Both the position numbers and the translations under genes were made by a program. This document shows positions 17,128 to 26,724 of a stretch of 64,000 nucleotides of DNA, piece by piece; the stretch's first letter is position 1; each line of letters begins with the position of its first letter. The stretch lies in the IMG/VR virus record IMGVR_UViG_2531839534_000003, one strand, 5' to 3'. The notes beneath the pieces are model-generated. The model searched no databases and had not been told where the DNA came from. It saw only the letters and a list, made by a program, of their open reading frames with translations. Origin of the DNA: a virus. Its lineage: Duplodnaviria; Caudoviricetes.

Positions 17128-17505
17128 TTATGCTTGTAATTTTAATTCAAGTGCTTCAGTAAGGACTTGAGAAAAGTTGAGGTTTTTATCTTCGGCTGCG
17201 TTGTTCAACCACTCAGGAATAGTCACGTTTTTGCGTACCTTCTTAGAGTGATATTTTTTCATGTAGGCAATCATATCAATGCCAATTAAAGCAATATCAG
17301 AACCAAGATACTGTTCTTTTAAATCAGAAACGGAGCTCGCCTTTGGATAGTCAGTATAATCCTCAAGGGCAAAACCTAAGACTTCGACAGCCATTTCGTA
17401 AGCTTCTTGAAAGTCTTCACCTTGAGTGATTGCTTCAGGGACATCTGGAAATGTAACCATGATATAATCTGAGTCTTGTGTGAATATAGCTGGATAAACT
17501 AACAT
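17128..17505 (-). CDS. hicB: HicB antitoxin (start revised to ATG 17505)
   Basis: YPAIF...VTFPDVPEAITQGED; KKVRKNVTIPEWL RHH. Confidence 0.92.
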   Translation of the reverse strand: MLVYPAIFTQDSDYIMVTFPDVPEAITQGEDFQEAYEMAVEVLGFALEDYTDYPKASSVSDLKEQYLGSDIALIGIDMIAYMKKYHSKKVRKNVTIPEWLNNAAEDKNLNFSQVLTEALELKLQA

Positions 17506-17557
17506 AATAATTCTCCTTTGATTATTGTGAGATAAGCAAGCCATCTTGTTAAGCGGA

Positions 17558-17743
17558 TTATTTCAAACCCGCTTGTTTTAAGATAGTATCTTCAAGACCC
17601 TTACCAAGGTCTTTATTGTGCATTGGAACGATTGTTTGGTGTCCTAAGTCATCACGAAGTTTTTTATGACTACCGTTTTGACTAATTTCATAAAACCCGT
17701 TCTTTTTAAGCAATTTAATCATTTGCTTAGGGGTCATTGGCAT
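17558..17743 (-). CDS. hicA: HicA mRNase toxin (start revised to ATG 17743)
   Basis: LKKNGF...GSHKKL...TIVPMH. Confidence 0.92.
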   Translation of the reverse strand: MPMTPKQMIKLLKKNGFYEISQNGSHKKLRDDLGHQTIVPMHNKDLGKGLEDTILKQAGLK

Positions 17744-17770
17744 ATTGCTTACCTCACTTTCTATACTTAT

Positions 17771-17799
17771 ATTATACACATAAAAGATATATTTGTCAA
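17771..17799 (-). promoter_or_regulatory. hicAB promoter
   Basis: Perfect TTGACA-17-TATAAT on the minus strand. Confidence 0.85.
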
Positions 17800-17840
17800 G
17801 CAAAATGCGCATAAAATACTTACTTTATTGAGGAGGAATT

Positions 17841-17963
17841 ATGAGACCTAATAAATATCCATATGTTAAATCCCAATGGGATAAGAAAGTAAATACGGTG
17901 TATAAGGATGGCAAACCTTATGCGACTTTAGTTAGCTATTGGAGGAAGCATGCCACAGGTTAG
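17841..17963 (+). CDS. 40-aa phage peptide (MRPNKYPY...)
   Basis: GAGGAGG RBS; MRPxKYPY start is common in streptococcal phages. Confidence 0.5.
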   Translation: MRPNKYPYVKSQWDKKVNTVYKDGKPYATLVSYWRKHATG

Positions 17964-18468
17964 GCGATGTAAAGCAGATAGATGTCACACATTAGTAGAT
18001 CAGTCACATTATTTTTGTGATAGACATAGAGGTCAAGAAGAACGTTATATAGCTAAGCAAAATGAACGTGCTAGTCGTAGTAGATATAATAAGTATACAC
18101 GCAATCGAAACAATCATAAGATAGAACAATATAAGTTCTATAGGTCTAAAGCTTGGGTTGATATGAGACAAGCAATACTAAATGAGCAATATTATTTATG
18201 CCAATACTGTATGGCTAATAGGAGAGTGACACCTAATAGTAAGACGGTGGACCACGTTACGCCTATAGAGATAGCGCCAGAACTAAGATTACATAAGGAT
18301 AACTTAGTAGTAACTTGTAGAGCTTGCCATAACATTAAAACGAAACTAGAGCAGGAAATATATGGTACGGGTCAGAATAATGAACATAAAAATACTGCTA
18401 TTAGACTTTCTGTTAATCAATGGGCCAAATTAATAGCCCGAAATCAAGACGTTCGAGAAGGCATCTAA
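17950..18468 (+). CDS. Packaging-associated HNH endonuclease
   Basis: CQYC...VDHVTP...NLVVTCRACHNIKT; directly before cos/terminase. Confidence 0.9.
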   Translation: MPQVRRCKADRCHTLVDQSHYFCDRHRGQEERYIAKQNERASRSRYNKYTRNRNNHKIEQYKFYRSKAWVDMRQAILNEQYYLCQYCMANRRVTPNSKTVDHVTPIEIAPELRLHKDNLVVTCRACHNIKTKLEQEIYGTGQNNEHKNTAIRLSVNQWAKLIARNQDVREGI

Positions 18469-18561
18469 AATGCCCGTAGCGACGTTTTAAATGTTTCGTG
18501 TATAATAACATTCGAGACGGTTTAAAATTAACCCCCGGGCTACTTTTTTGGGCAAGGAGAG

Positions 18562-18574
18562 CCACGACAAGGTG
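18562..18574 (+). other. Probable cos site
   Basis: CCACGACAAGGTG between HNH and terS, similar to the Sfi21/DT1-type cohesive end (CCGCCACAAGGTG, from memory). Confidence 0.6.
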
Positions 18575-18648
18575 TTTTCTTGTATCGCAGACCAATTTTT
18601 CAGATTTTTAAGGGGTGTCATGGGGGACGGATTAGGAGGTGAAGTTGC

Positions 18649-19110
18649 TTGGTTAAAAATCCTTATTATCGGCAGAACAAAGGGCGTTTACCCAGCGACC
18701 CTCCAAACTATTTAGGGACGGTTGCCAAGGAGGTTTGGCGCAAAATCGTTCCTTTTTTAGAAAGCACAGAGAAGGTCCAGCGCATTGATGTCTTTCTAGT
18801 GGAAACGTACTGCACGAACTACGAAATATACAAGGCAGCTTATGAAGACATCAAAGTAAACGGTATTCAGCAGGAAATAACAAAGCCTATCCAGGCGCAA
18901 GGTTCGGGCGAAATCTTGGGGGAACAGTCGCTTGGTTTTAGAAAGAATCCAGCCGTTGCTACAATGAAAGATGCAGTTGATACCCTAAACAGAATCGGTG
19001 TGCAACTGGGTCTAACGCCTAAAGGCCGTCAGGAGCTCATGGAAATCGCTGGGGAAGACACGAACAAGGTTTCAACCGCAGAAATGCTGAAAGAATTTTT
19101 AGGGAAATAA
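18649..19110 (+). CDS. terS: Terminase small subunit (P27 family)
   Basis: PPNYLGTVAKEVW; KNPAV...LGLTPKGR. Confidence 0.92.
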   Translation: MVKNPYYRQNKGRLPSDPPNYLGTVAKEVWRKIVPFLESTEKVQRIDVFLVETYCTNYEIYKAAYEDIKVNGIQQEITKPIQAQGSGEILGEQSLGFRKNPAVATMKDAVDTLNRIGVQLGLTPKGRQELMEIAGEDTNKVSTAEMLKEFLGK

Positions 19111-19126
19111 GTACCTTGGTTGGGTT

Positions 19127-19253
19127 GGTTGCACAGTCTACAACCTAAAATAGACAGGAAGAGATTAAGCGTCTTGCAACTGGCGTCTCAAAAAACGATA
19201 GGCGATAGAGGTTGAGCCTATCCTGCTAGCAAGTATCCTTTTAGCACTAGCAA
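19127..19253 (+). ncRNA. Candidate structured RNA leader of the phage tRNA (pseudoknot + three hairpins)
   Basis: GGTTG/CAACC crossed with GTCTA/TAGAC; GAGA..TCTC; GATAGGC/GCCTATC; TGCTAG/CTAGCA. Confidence 0.4.
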
Positions 19254-19260
19254 TTTCAGA

Positions 19261-19332
19261 TGGTTTGAAGTGAGTGAGGGGGCACGCTGGACTTTTAATC
19301 CAGAAGCGCGGGTTCGAATCCCGCCGAACCAT
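19261..19332 (+). tRNA. Phage tRNA-Lys(TTT), non-canonical D loop
   Basis: Acceptor TGGTTTG/CGAACCA; anticodon arm CTGGA-CTTTTAA-TCCAG; T arm GCGGG-TTCGAAT-CCCGC; D stem GTG/CAC; no CCA. Confidence 0.8.
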
Positions 19333-19392
19333 TTTAAAAGTGATGTTTAAAATTTTATCTTTAGGAGGTGAGGGAACATAACTAAAATTGAT

Positions 19393-21255
19393 TTGACAAA
19401 AACAAAAGACGTAATCGGTGCTTATAAAAGTATTGATTTTTCTTTTGTCCAAAAAAAATACAAAGACGCAGGGACGCAATATTGTTTTGATGTATTAGAC
19501 GAAAGAATAGTGACTGGATACTATATCAAGTTAGCTTGTTTCCGACACCTCCGAGACTTACAAAGGCAAGGTCAAGAGGATTTCCCTTATGTGTATTCTA
19601 TTGACGCATTCAATCGCTTTTTAAAATTCTTGTCGTTGGTGCCTAACGTTGATGATTTAAGCCAAAAGCTAAAACCTATGAATTGGCAGTTGTTTATATT
19701 CAGCCAGCTCTTCGCATGGTTAGACTTAGACGGGTTGCCTAGATACGTAAACATCATTCTTTCAATGGCGCGCGCACAAGGTAAAACAATGATAGCGGGG
19801 ATTAGCCTTAACTATTCTTTCTTGATTGAGACTATTGGGCTAAGTAACCAAGATTTCTTGGTGAGTTCCTTGAACTTTGAACAGACAATGAAGCTCTATA
19901 CGTATGTTAAGTCTATGATGTCTCGCATTATTGAAAATGAACCATTTAAGTCGTTGGCTACCGAAATAGGCTTACAGCTTTATACTAGAGAAATAAAAGC
20001 AACCGCAGACAGCAATAGCATTCAAACCATTTCTTTTGAATCTGGGAAATTCGATAGTAAGCACTTTAAACTTGCGGTGGCTGATGAGGTCGGAGAGCTT
20101 CGCAGCGATGAGGGAATATCCAAAATAACTTCTGGGCAAGTCAATACAGAGGGGTCACGCTTTATTGAAATATCTACAGCGTATCAAGTGCCTAACGTAC
20201 CTTTCCACAAAGAGCAGAAGAAACTCATTGAAATTATGGAGCGGGACTTTGACCGCGCAGGAGACGACCAGCTTTGCTTGATTTGGTCGCAGGATAGTCT
20301 AGAAGAAACATTCCAACCTGAAACTTGGTCGAAAAGCAATCCGCTTTTGAATCACCCAGAATTAAAAGACAGCCTTATGAAAGGATTACTTTCTGAACGT
20401 GACAAGAAAATGCTTATGAGTAAATTAGCAGATTTCCAAGTCAAGAATATGAATTGCTGGTTAAATGCTGATTCTAATAGCTTCTTAGATTTGAAAGATA
20501 TAGAAAATGCGGTTATCCCTGAATTTGATATACGTGGTAAACGTGTCTATGTTGGTCTTGACGCTTCAATGTTTAGCGATAACACGGCAATTGGCTTTGT
20601 ATATCCATATTTAGGAGAAGATGGTAGCCAAAAATGGCATATTGAGCAACACAGTTTCATTCCTTGGCAACAAGCGGGGTCGCTTGAAGCTAAAATGGAG
20701 CAGGATGGAGTGAATTACCGTGATTTAGAACAGAAAGGTTACTGTACCATCACAAGCCATCCGCAGGGGCTTATCAATCCCGAGGAAGTTTATAGCTGGT
20801 TTTTAGATTATGTTGAAGACAATGCACTTGACGTTGTCTTTTTTGGTTATGACGCTATGGGGGTATCTAAAATAATCAAAGCGTTAGAATCTAATACAAG
20901 TTTCCCTTTGATGCCAATTAGACAGCGTACCAGTGAATTAAAAGACCCTACTAAATTCCTTCAAACGCTATTTATCGAAGGCAATATTACACGCCTTGAT
21001 GACGAAATCATGCGTAAAGCCTTGATAAATGCCGTTATCAAAGAGGACAACATCGGTATTCAAGTAGATAAAATGAAGTCAACGTATAAAATTGATGTAG
21101 TAGATGCGCTTATAGATGGTTTTTACGATGGGATGTATGCATTTGAAGACTATGCAATTACGAATAATCCCACATGGAAAGTAGAACATATGTCACAGGA
21201 AGCTGTTTTAAACTGGCTACAAAATCCTGATAGTGGCATGCTAGATGAATATTAG
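19393..21255 (+). CDS. terL: Terminase large subunit
   Basis: MARAQGKT Walker A, AVADEVG Walker B, YVGLDAS nuclease, KIDVVDA. Confidence 0.95.
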   Translation: MTKTKDVIGAYKSIDFSFVQKKYKDAGTQYCFDVLDERIVTGYYIKLACFRHLRDLQRQGQEDFPYVYSIDAFNRFLKFLSLVPNVDDLSQKLKPMNWQLFIFSQLFAWLDLDGLPRYVNIILSMARAQGKTMIAGISLNYSFLIETIGLSNQDFLVSSLNFEQTMKLYTYVKSMMSRIIENEPFKSLATEIGLQLYTREIKATADSNSIQTISFESGKFDSKHFKLAVADEVGELRSDEGISKITSGQVNTEGSRFIEISTAYQVPNVPFHKEQKKLIEIMERDFDRAGDDQLCLIWSQDSLEETFQPETWSKSNPLLNHPELKDSLMKGLLSERDKKMLMSKLADFQVKNMNCWLNADSNSFLDLKDIENAVIPEFDIRGKRVYVGLDASMFSDNTAIGFVYPYLGEDGSQKWHIEQHSFIPWQQAGSLEAKMEQDGVNYRDLEQKGYCTITSHPQGLINPEEVYSWFLDYVEDNALDVVFFGYDAMGVSKIIKALESNTSFPLMPIRQRTSELKDPTKFLQTLFIEGNITRLDDEIMRKALINAVIKEDNIGIQVDKMKSTYKIDVVDALIDGFYDGMYAFEDYAITNNPTWKVEHMSQEAVLNWLQNPDSGMLDEY

Positions 21256-21466
21256 AGGTATAAAAGATATGATTGTAAAATTTTTTAAAGTAATTTGGGC
21301 AATTTTTGACATTATTATGTTTGTTTTGGCAGCAGTTACAGTTAATTTAACCACATATTATCAACAGCATATTGCATTTGGTATTAGTATGACAATTACT
21401 TTTATTTTAGCTGGTTTAATTAGTGAATTATTATCTGGGAAAAATATTAATAAATTGCCTGAATAG
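21245..21466 (+). CDS. Small two-TM protein (DUF1056-like)
   Basis: Two hydrophobic helices; terL-portal position typical of Sfi21-like phages. Confidence 0.6.
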   Translation: MNIRGIKDMIVKFFKVIWAIFDIIMFVLAAVTVNLTTYYQQHIAFGISMTITFILAGLISELLSGKNINKLPE

Positions 21467-21480
21467 AAGGGGGAAATAGT

Positions 21481-22650
21481 GTGCCAGTTTTTAGTTTTAT
21501 AAATCAAATAACTGAAGATCCACCAAAATTAGATGGAGAATTCTTTAATATAGATGACTATAACTTTCTAAAGCCTAATCTTAGTGGGAATGAGTGGGTG
21601 TCTGCTAGTGCAGCCTTAAAAAACTCTGATTTATTTTCGATTATTAATCAGTTATCAAATGATTTAGCAACAGTTAAGTTAACTGCATCGAAAAAGCAAT
21701 TTCAAGGAATTATTGATAATCCTACTAATACGGCAAATCAATTTGGTTTCTATCAGTCAATATTTGCACAGCTATTATTAGGTGGAGAAGCCTTTGCCTA
21801 TCGATGGAGAAATAACAATGGTCGAGACATTAAATGGGAATATTTACGACCATCACAAATATCATTTAATCCACTAGATTATGAAAATGGGCTTTATTAC
21901 AATATTTCGTTTGATAATCCAAAAACAAAGCCAAAGATTCATGTCCCACAAAATGATGTATTACATTTCCGATTACTTTCTGTTGATGGTGGTAAATCTA
22001 GCGTTAGTCCGCTGATGTCACTAAGTCGTGAGCTTAATATTCAAAAGGCAAGTGATCACCTAACACTAAATTCACTAAAAAATGCATTAAATGCAAATGG
22101 TATCTTGAAAATAAAGGGTGGAGGACTATTAGATTTTAGAACTAAACAATCACGTGCTAGACAAGCCATGAAGCAAATGAATGGTGGCCCTCTAGTTTTA
22201 GATGATTTAGAGGACTTTAAACCTTTAGAAATTAAATCTAACGTGGCACAGCTACTTAATCAAGCAGATTGGACCACAGGACAATTTGCAAAAGTCTATG
22301 GTATTCCAGAGAATGTAGTAGGAGGACAAGGAGATCAACAATCATCACTTGAAATGAGTTCTAATATTTATGCTAAGGCTGTCGCAAGGTACTTACGGCC
22401 AGTTATCAGCGAATTGTTACATAAATTAAATTGTGATATTGATACTGATTTATTTCCAGCTGTAGATCCTACAGGTTCAAATTACATAAAGCGAGTTAAT
22501 GAACTTGTTAAGAATGGTGTTGTTGCGCAAAATCAAGGTCTATACATGCTACAACAAGCAGAAATTGTTCCAAAAGAATTACCACAAGGCAGAAATGATA
22601 ATAATCATAATAAGTTTATGAAAGGAGGTGATGATAATGGGAAAGATTGA
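21481..22650 (+). CDS. HK97-type portal protein
   Basis: ALKNSDLFSIINQLSNDLA; LLLGGEAFAY; position. Confidence 0.93.
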   Translation: MPVFSFINQITEDPPKLDGEFFNIDDYNFLKPNLSGNEWVSASAALKNSDLFSIINQLSNDLATVKLTASKKQFQGIIDNPTNTANQFGFYQSIFAQLLLGGEAFAYRWRNNNGRDIKWEYLRPSQISFNPLDYENGLYYNISFDNPKTKPKIHVPQNDVLHFRLLSVDGGKSSVSPLMSLSRELNIQKASDHLTLNSLKNALNANGILKIKGGGLLDFRTKQSRARQAMKQMNGGPLVLDDLEDFKPLEIKSNVAQLLNQADWTTGQFAKVYGIPENVVGGQGDQQSSLEMSSNIYAKAVARYLRPVISELLHKLNCDIDTDLFPAVDPTGSNYIKRVNELVKNGVVAQNQGLYMLQQAEIVPKELPQGRNDNNHNKFMKGGDDNGKD

Positions 22651-23329
22651 TGTGAAAGGTGATATTGTCTCAAATGATGTTGGTGAATTTTATGATTGGT
22701 TTGGGATGTCTAGTACTTATCCTAAAAAGATTCAGCAAGCAATTGAAAATGATGAAGATGATGAAATCATATTAGATGTAGCGTCAAATGGCGGAGATGT
22801 GTTTGCTGCTAGTGAAATCTATACAATGCTGAAAAGCTCTAAGAAAAATATTGTTGTTAATATTCAAGGTTTAGCAGCTTCAGCAGCTAGTGTTATTTCT
22901 ATGGCTGGTAATACGGTTAGAATGAGTCCTACTGCCCATATCATGATTCATAAAGCTTCAACTATTTCCGCTGGGAATAGTGATAATTTTGAACATGAAT
23001 CAATGATTTTAAATAGTATTGATGAATCAATTGCTAGTGCATATGAAATGAAAACTGGAATGGCACAAACAGATCTATTACATTTAATGTCTCAAGAAAC
23101 ATGGTTAAATGCTAAGAATGCATTAGATAAAGGCTTTATAGATGAAATTATGTTTCTAGATGAGAAAGATAGTACTCATACTTTTGAGAATACTACGCAT
23201 GTTTTACCAACTAAAGCAGCACTTAATAAATTTAAAAATATAATCGCAAAAGATAAATTAAATAAACATTCAAGCCAGCCTACTAACTCATTAAGAGATC
23301 GTAAACTGGCTATTTTACTTGAAAAATAA
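22628..23329 (+). CDS. ClpP-type prohead protease
   Basis: SNGGDVF, GLAASAAS, IMIHKAS, ETWLNA. Confidence 0.93.
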   Translation: MMIMGKIDVKGDIVSNDVGEFYDWFGMSSTYPKKIQQAIENDEDDEIILDVASNGGDVFAASEIYTMLKSSKKNIVVNIQGLAASAASVISMAGNTVRMSPTAHIMIHKASTISAGNSDNFEHESMILNSIDESIASAYEMKTGMAQTDLLHLMSQETWLNAKNALDKGFIDEIMFLDEKDSTHTFENTTHVLPTKAALNKFKNIIAKDKLNKHSSQPTNSLRDRKLAILLEK

Positions 23330-23341
23330 GAGAGGATTAAT

Positions 23342-24562
23342 ATGAAAACATCAAATGAACTACATGACCTTTGGATTGCTGAAGGAGATAAAGTAGAAAA
23401 TATGAATGAAAAGTTGAATGCAGCTCTTCTAGACGATTCTGTATCTGCTGAAGAATTGCAAGAAATTAAAAATGCGCGTGATACAGCAAAAACTCGTCGT
23501 GATATGTTTAAGGAGCAATATGTAGAGGCTCGAGCTTCAGAAGTTGTAGAAATGAAAGAAAAACCAACTCTAACAGAAGAAGAAACAACTTTAAAAAATA
23601 CCTTTATTTCTAATTTTAAAAATATGATTAAAGGGAAACCTTTTTCAAATGCTTCAAGTCCAGCAACACCACATCTTGTATCATCAGGTGAAGCAGATGA
23701 TACAGAAGGAAATGGAGGACTTACAATTCCTAAAGATATCCGTACTGCTATTATGGAATTGACACGTCAGTTTGAAAATCTTCAAAGCTTAGTAACTGTT
23801 GAAAATACATCAGTCAAAGAAGGTTCTCGTAATATTAATTCTATTACAACAATTACACCTCTTGTTAAACTAAATGATGAAGACACAGATATTACAGAAT
23901 TAGAAGGTCCTAAACTTCATATTGTTAAATATCTTATTGCTGACTACGCGGGTATCTTAACAGTGACAAATAATCTATTGTCTGACTCTGCTGAAAACAT
24001 TTTAGCCTGGTTAACTAATGAAATTGCTAAAAAGGTAGTTGTCACTCGTAATACAGCTATTTTAGCATCTTTTGGAAAAACTCCAAGAAAGCCAAATGTG
24101 ACAAAATTTGATGATATTAAAGATGTTTTTTATAGTCTTGATCCAGCGCTTCGACCAAATGGAATGTGGATTACAAATACTTCAGGAATTAGAATTCTTG
24201 CAAAAGTAAAAAATGCTAATGGTGATTATTTACTTCAAAAAGATGTTACACGTCCAGATACATACTTAATGGAAGGTAAAATTATTAAAGAAATTAATGA
24301 TGTACAATTACCAGATACAGCAACTAGCACTCATCCATTATACTTTGGTGATACAAAAGCTTATGCAACTTTATTCGATCGTCAAAATATGTCACTTGCA
24401 ACTTCTACTGAAGCTGGTAATGCTTTCTATCGTAATCAAACAAAACTTCGTGTTATTGATCGCTTTGATGTTCAAGTAGTAGATAAAGATGCTTTAGTTG
24501 CTGCATCATTTAAAGCTGTAGCAGATCAAGAAGGTAACGTAAAAGCAACTACAGCTGGATAA
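23342..24562 (+). CDS. HK97-fold major capsid protein
   Basis: N-terminal coiled-coil delta domain; GGLTIP; RVIDRFDVQ. Confidence 0.93.
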   Translation: MKTSNELHDLWIAEGDKVENMNEKLNAALLDDSVSAEELQEIKNARDTAKTRRDMFKEQYVEARASEVVEMKEKPTLTEEETTLKNTFISNFKNMIKGKPFSNASSPATPHLVSSGEADDTEGNGGLTIPKDIRTAIMELTRQFENLQSLVTVENTSVKEGSRNINSITTITPLVKLNDEDTDITELEGPKLHIVKYLIADYAGILTVTNNLLSDSAENILAWLTNEIAKKVVVTRNTAILASFGKTPRKPNVTKFDDIKDVFYSLDPALRPNGMWITNTSGIRILAKVKNANGDYLLQKDVTRPDTYLMEGKIIKEINDVQLPDTATSTHPLYFGDTKAYATLFDRQNMSLATSTEAGNAFYRNQTKLRVIDRFDVQVVDKDALVAASFKAVADQEGNVKATTAG

Positions 24563-24579
24563 AAAAAGGGGGGTAAATA

Positions 24580-24894
24580 ATGACCGTTGAAAAGGATGAT
24601 GTCATATTGACTTTAAATTTGGATGAAAGTGATGATATTGAGCTAATCCCAAACTATATTAAATCTGCAGAAATTTTTATAAAAAATGCTGTTGGAGGGG
24701 ATGATAAGTTTTATAGTAAAGAAAATGTGACTTACCTTTATGATACGGCTGTACTATCCTTAGCAAGCACATACTATACCTATAGGATTGCTTTGTCAGA
24801 TACAACTACTTATCCTATTGATCTGACTGTAAACAGTATTATTGGTCAATTACGAGGATTGTATTCTATATATAGTGAAGGGGAGATTAATTAA
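24580..24894 (+). CDS. Head-tail connector (gp6-like)
   Basis: LNLDESDD..LI; AVLSLASTYYTYR; position. Confidence 0.85.
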   Translation: MTVEKDDVILTLNLDESDDIELIPNYIKSAEIFIKNAVGGDDKFYSKENVTYLYDTAVLSLASTYYTYRIALSDTTTYPIDLTVNSIIGQLRGLYSIYSEGEIN

Positions 24895-25247
24895 TGACAA
24901 AGAGATATTCTCCAACAGATTTCAGACTAAAGGCAGACTTTGGTTCTTATGAATCATCAACTAATCCTTACACAGGAATTAGCATGCCAAGTTTCTTAAA
25001 GCAGTTTACTCTACACTATAAACCACATACACGAACTTTAAATCAGGAATATCTAGCCATTTCAGCTGGTGAGATTGAAACAAGAGTAATTGTAATTAGA
25101 CATAATGTAAAAGTCATAGAAGGGCAAGTTGTTGATTTAAACGGGACATTATACGATATTATTAAGATTAGTCCAAATGAGAATTTTGGTTTTAATAAAT
25201 ACGACTTTTTAACTTTGAAAAGATCGAAGAAAGTAGGCCATAGCTAA
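24894..25247 (+). CDS. Head closure/adaptor protein
   Basis: Size, position, IRHN...YDIIKISP pattern. Confidence 0.75.
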   Translation: MTKRYSPTDFRLKADFGSYESSTNPYTGISMPSFLKQFTLHYKPHTRTLNQEYLAISAGEIETRVIVIRHNVKVIEGQVVDLNGTLYDIIKISPNENFGFNKYDFLTLKRSKKVGHS

Positions 25248-25669
25248 TGGTTGGTTTAGATGAAGCCTTAAAAGAATGGCTTGAATCAGTATCAAATTTT
25301 AGTAGTTTATCTATTACTGAACAATCTAAAATCACAAAGGCTGGAGCTGAAGTTTTTAAAAATGAGCTTGCAAAAGTGACTAAAGAAAAGCACTATTCAA
25401 GTCATAAAGATCCGATTTACGGCCATATGGCTGATAGTCTGGCTATCCAGAAAACAAGTGTGGATGGTACTAAAAATGGGAAATCAACTGTTGGTTGGGA
25501 AAATAAATACCATGCTCAAAATGCAAGAAGATTAAACGATGGTACTAAAAAATATACAGCTGATCATTTTGTTACAAATGTTCAAAATGATAAATCGGTC
25601 CAAAAAAAGGTAGTTTTAGCTGAAAAAGAAGAATATGAAAAAATTTTGAGAAAGAAAGGTGCTGAATAA
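25247..25669 (+). CDS. HK97 gp10-like tail component
   Basis: KAGAEVF...GHMADS...VGW...ARRLNDGTKK. Confidence 0.8.
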   Translation: MVGLDEALKEWLESVSNFSSLSITEQSKITKAGAEVFKNELAKVTKEKHYSSHKDPIYGHMADSLAIQKTSVDGTKNGKSTVGWENKYHAQNARRLNDGTKKYTADHFVTNVQNDKSVQKKVVLAEKEEYEKILRKKGAE

Positions 25670-26040
25670 TGTTAGCAACAATAGCATTGAAGAATTTACT
25701 TTTAGGTAAAGAATTTAGTGAAATAAGCGAAGTTTATGTAAACAACTTACCAAAAGAAATTCAAGAAAATACAGATAAGACAGTAATGTTGCTAAGAGAA
25801 GCGGACACCTCTATTGATTTATTTGGAAATGATACTTTTTTTGGAAAAAATTATCAAATTGAAGTTCAGATTTTTTATAAATTGAATATTAATTTTGATT
25901 TAGAAGACTTTGAGACAAAACTGATGAAATTTCTTGTTTCGGAACACTATAACATCACAGATATAAGAGAACACTCAATAGACCCCGATACATTACAGAT
26001 GACGGCGGTCTTTTATGTTGCATATAAAAAAATAATTTAA
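25669..26040 (+). CDS. Tail terminator (DUF806-like)
   Basis: Position before MTP; QIEVQIFY. Confidence 0.7.
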   Translation: MLATIALKNLLLGKEFSEISEVYVNNLPKEIQENTDKTVMLLREADTSIDLFGNDTFFGKNYQIEVQIFYKLNINFDLEDFETKLMKFLVSEHYNITDIREHSIDPDTLQMTAVFYVAYKKII

Positions 26041-26051
26041 AGGAGAAAAAT

Positions 26052-26663
26052 ATGGCAATTGTTGGTCTAAAAATGGTTACACTAGCATTAGTTGACCCTA
26101 AAACACAGAAATTACTTAAAGGAGAAGAAGGTTTATCCACTGGTGGAATTATTGAAGTTGATAGTACAATGTTAGGTACTAAAACAGCAAATATTTCAAA
26201 TTTGGAAGGAACAGCTACAAAAATATCAGGAAATAATGTTGTTCAAGATGTTATAGTTGCACCAGGTTCTCCTGCTGTAGCTCTTGATTTTAATAACCTT
26301 GATTTTGAAATCAAGCAAAAATTATTAGGCTTTAGTTCTGATAAAAAAGGCGGATACGTATTGACTAAAGACAAGCCACATGTTGCAATGCTTGTAGAGT
26401 CAGAGACATTAGATCGTAAGAATTCTGTTTATTTTGGTTTTGCGAATGGTATTATGCAAGAGTCAACACAAAATGTAGGTACTGATACAGATACTGCTCA
26501 AACTCGTCAAGATGATAATATTACCTACAATGCATTATCATCAATTTCCTTTGGTGGAGAACCTATTAAGAAATACTTTTCAGGGGCTAATTCTTTTGAT
26601 AAATCAAGTATGCTTAAAGAAGTATTTGGTGGTTATGCAGCAACTGCAAATCAAGCTCAATAA
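26052..26663 (+). CDS. Major tail protein
   Basis: MAIVGLK start, VYFGFANG; Sfi21-type MTP pattern. Confidence 0.9.
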   Translation: MAIVGLKMVTLALVDPKTQKLLKGEEGLSTGGIIEVDSTMLGTKTANISNLEGTATKISGNNVVQDVIVAPGSPAVALDFNNLDFEIKQKLLGFSSDKKGGYVLTKDKPHVAMLVESETLDRKNSVYFGFANGIMQESTQNVGTDTDTAQTRQDDNITYNALSSISFGGEPIKKYFSGANSFDKSSMLKEVFGGYAATANQAQ

Positions 26664-26724
26664 CTTTTTGGTCGCATTTAATGTGGCCTTTTTATTTTTA
26701 TATTTAGTATAAGGAGAATGAATA

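Noticed and set aside
19085-19160. Frameshift or readthrough fusing TerS to downstream sequence via the pseudoknot
   Set aside because: GGGAAAT is not in the X XXY YYZ register, and no long ORF continues to terL
19165-19479. 104-aa minus-strand ORF across the terS-terL gap
   Set aside because: Antisense to the tRNA and terL start; composition reflects RNA stems, not a protein
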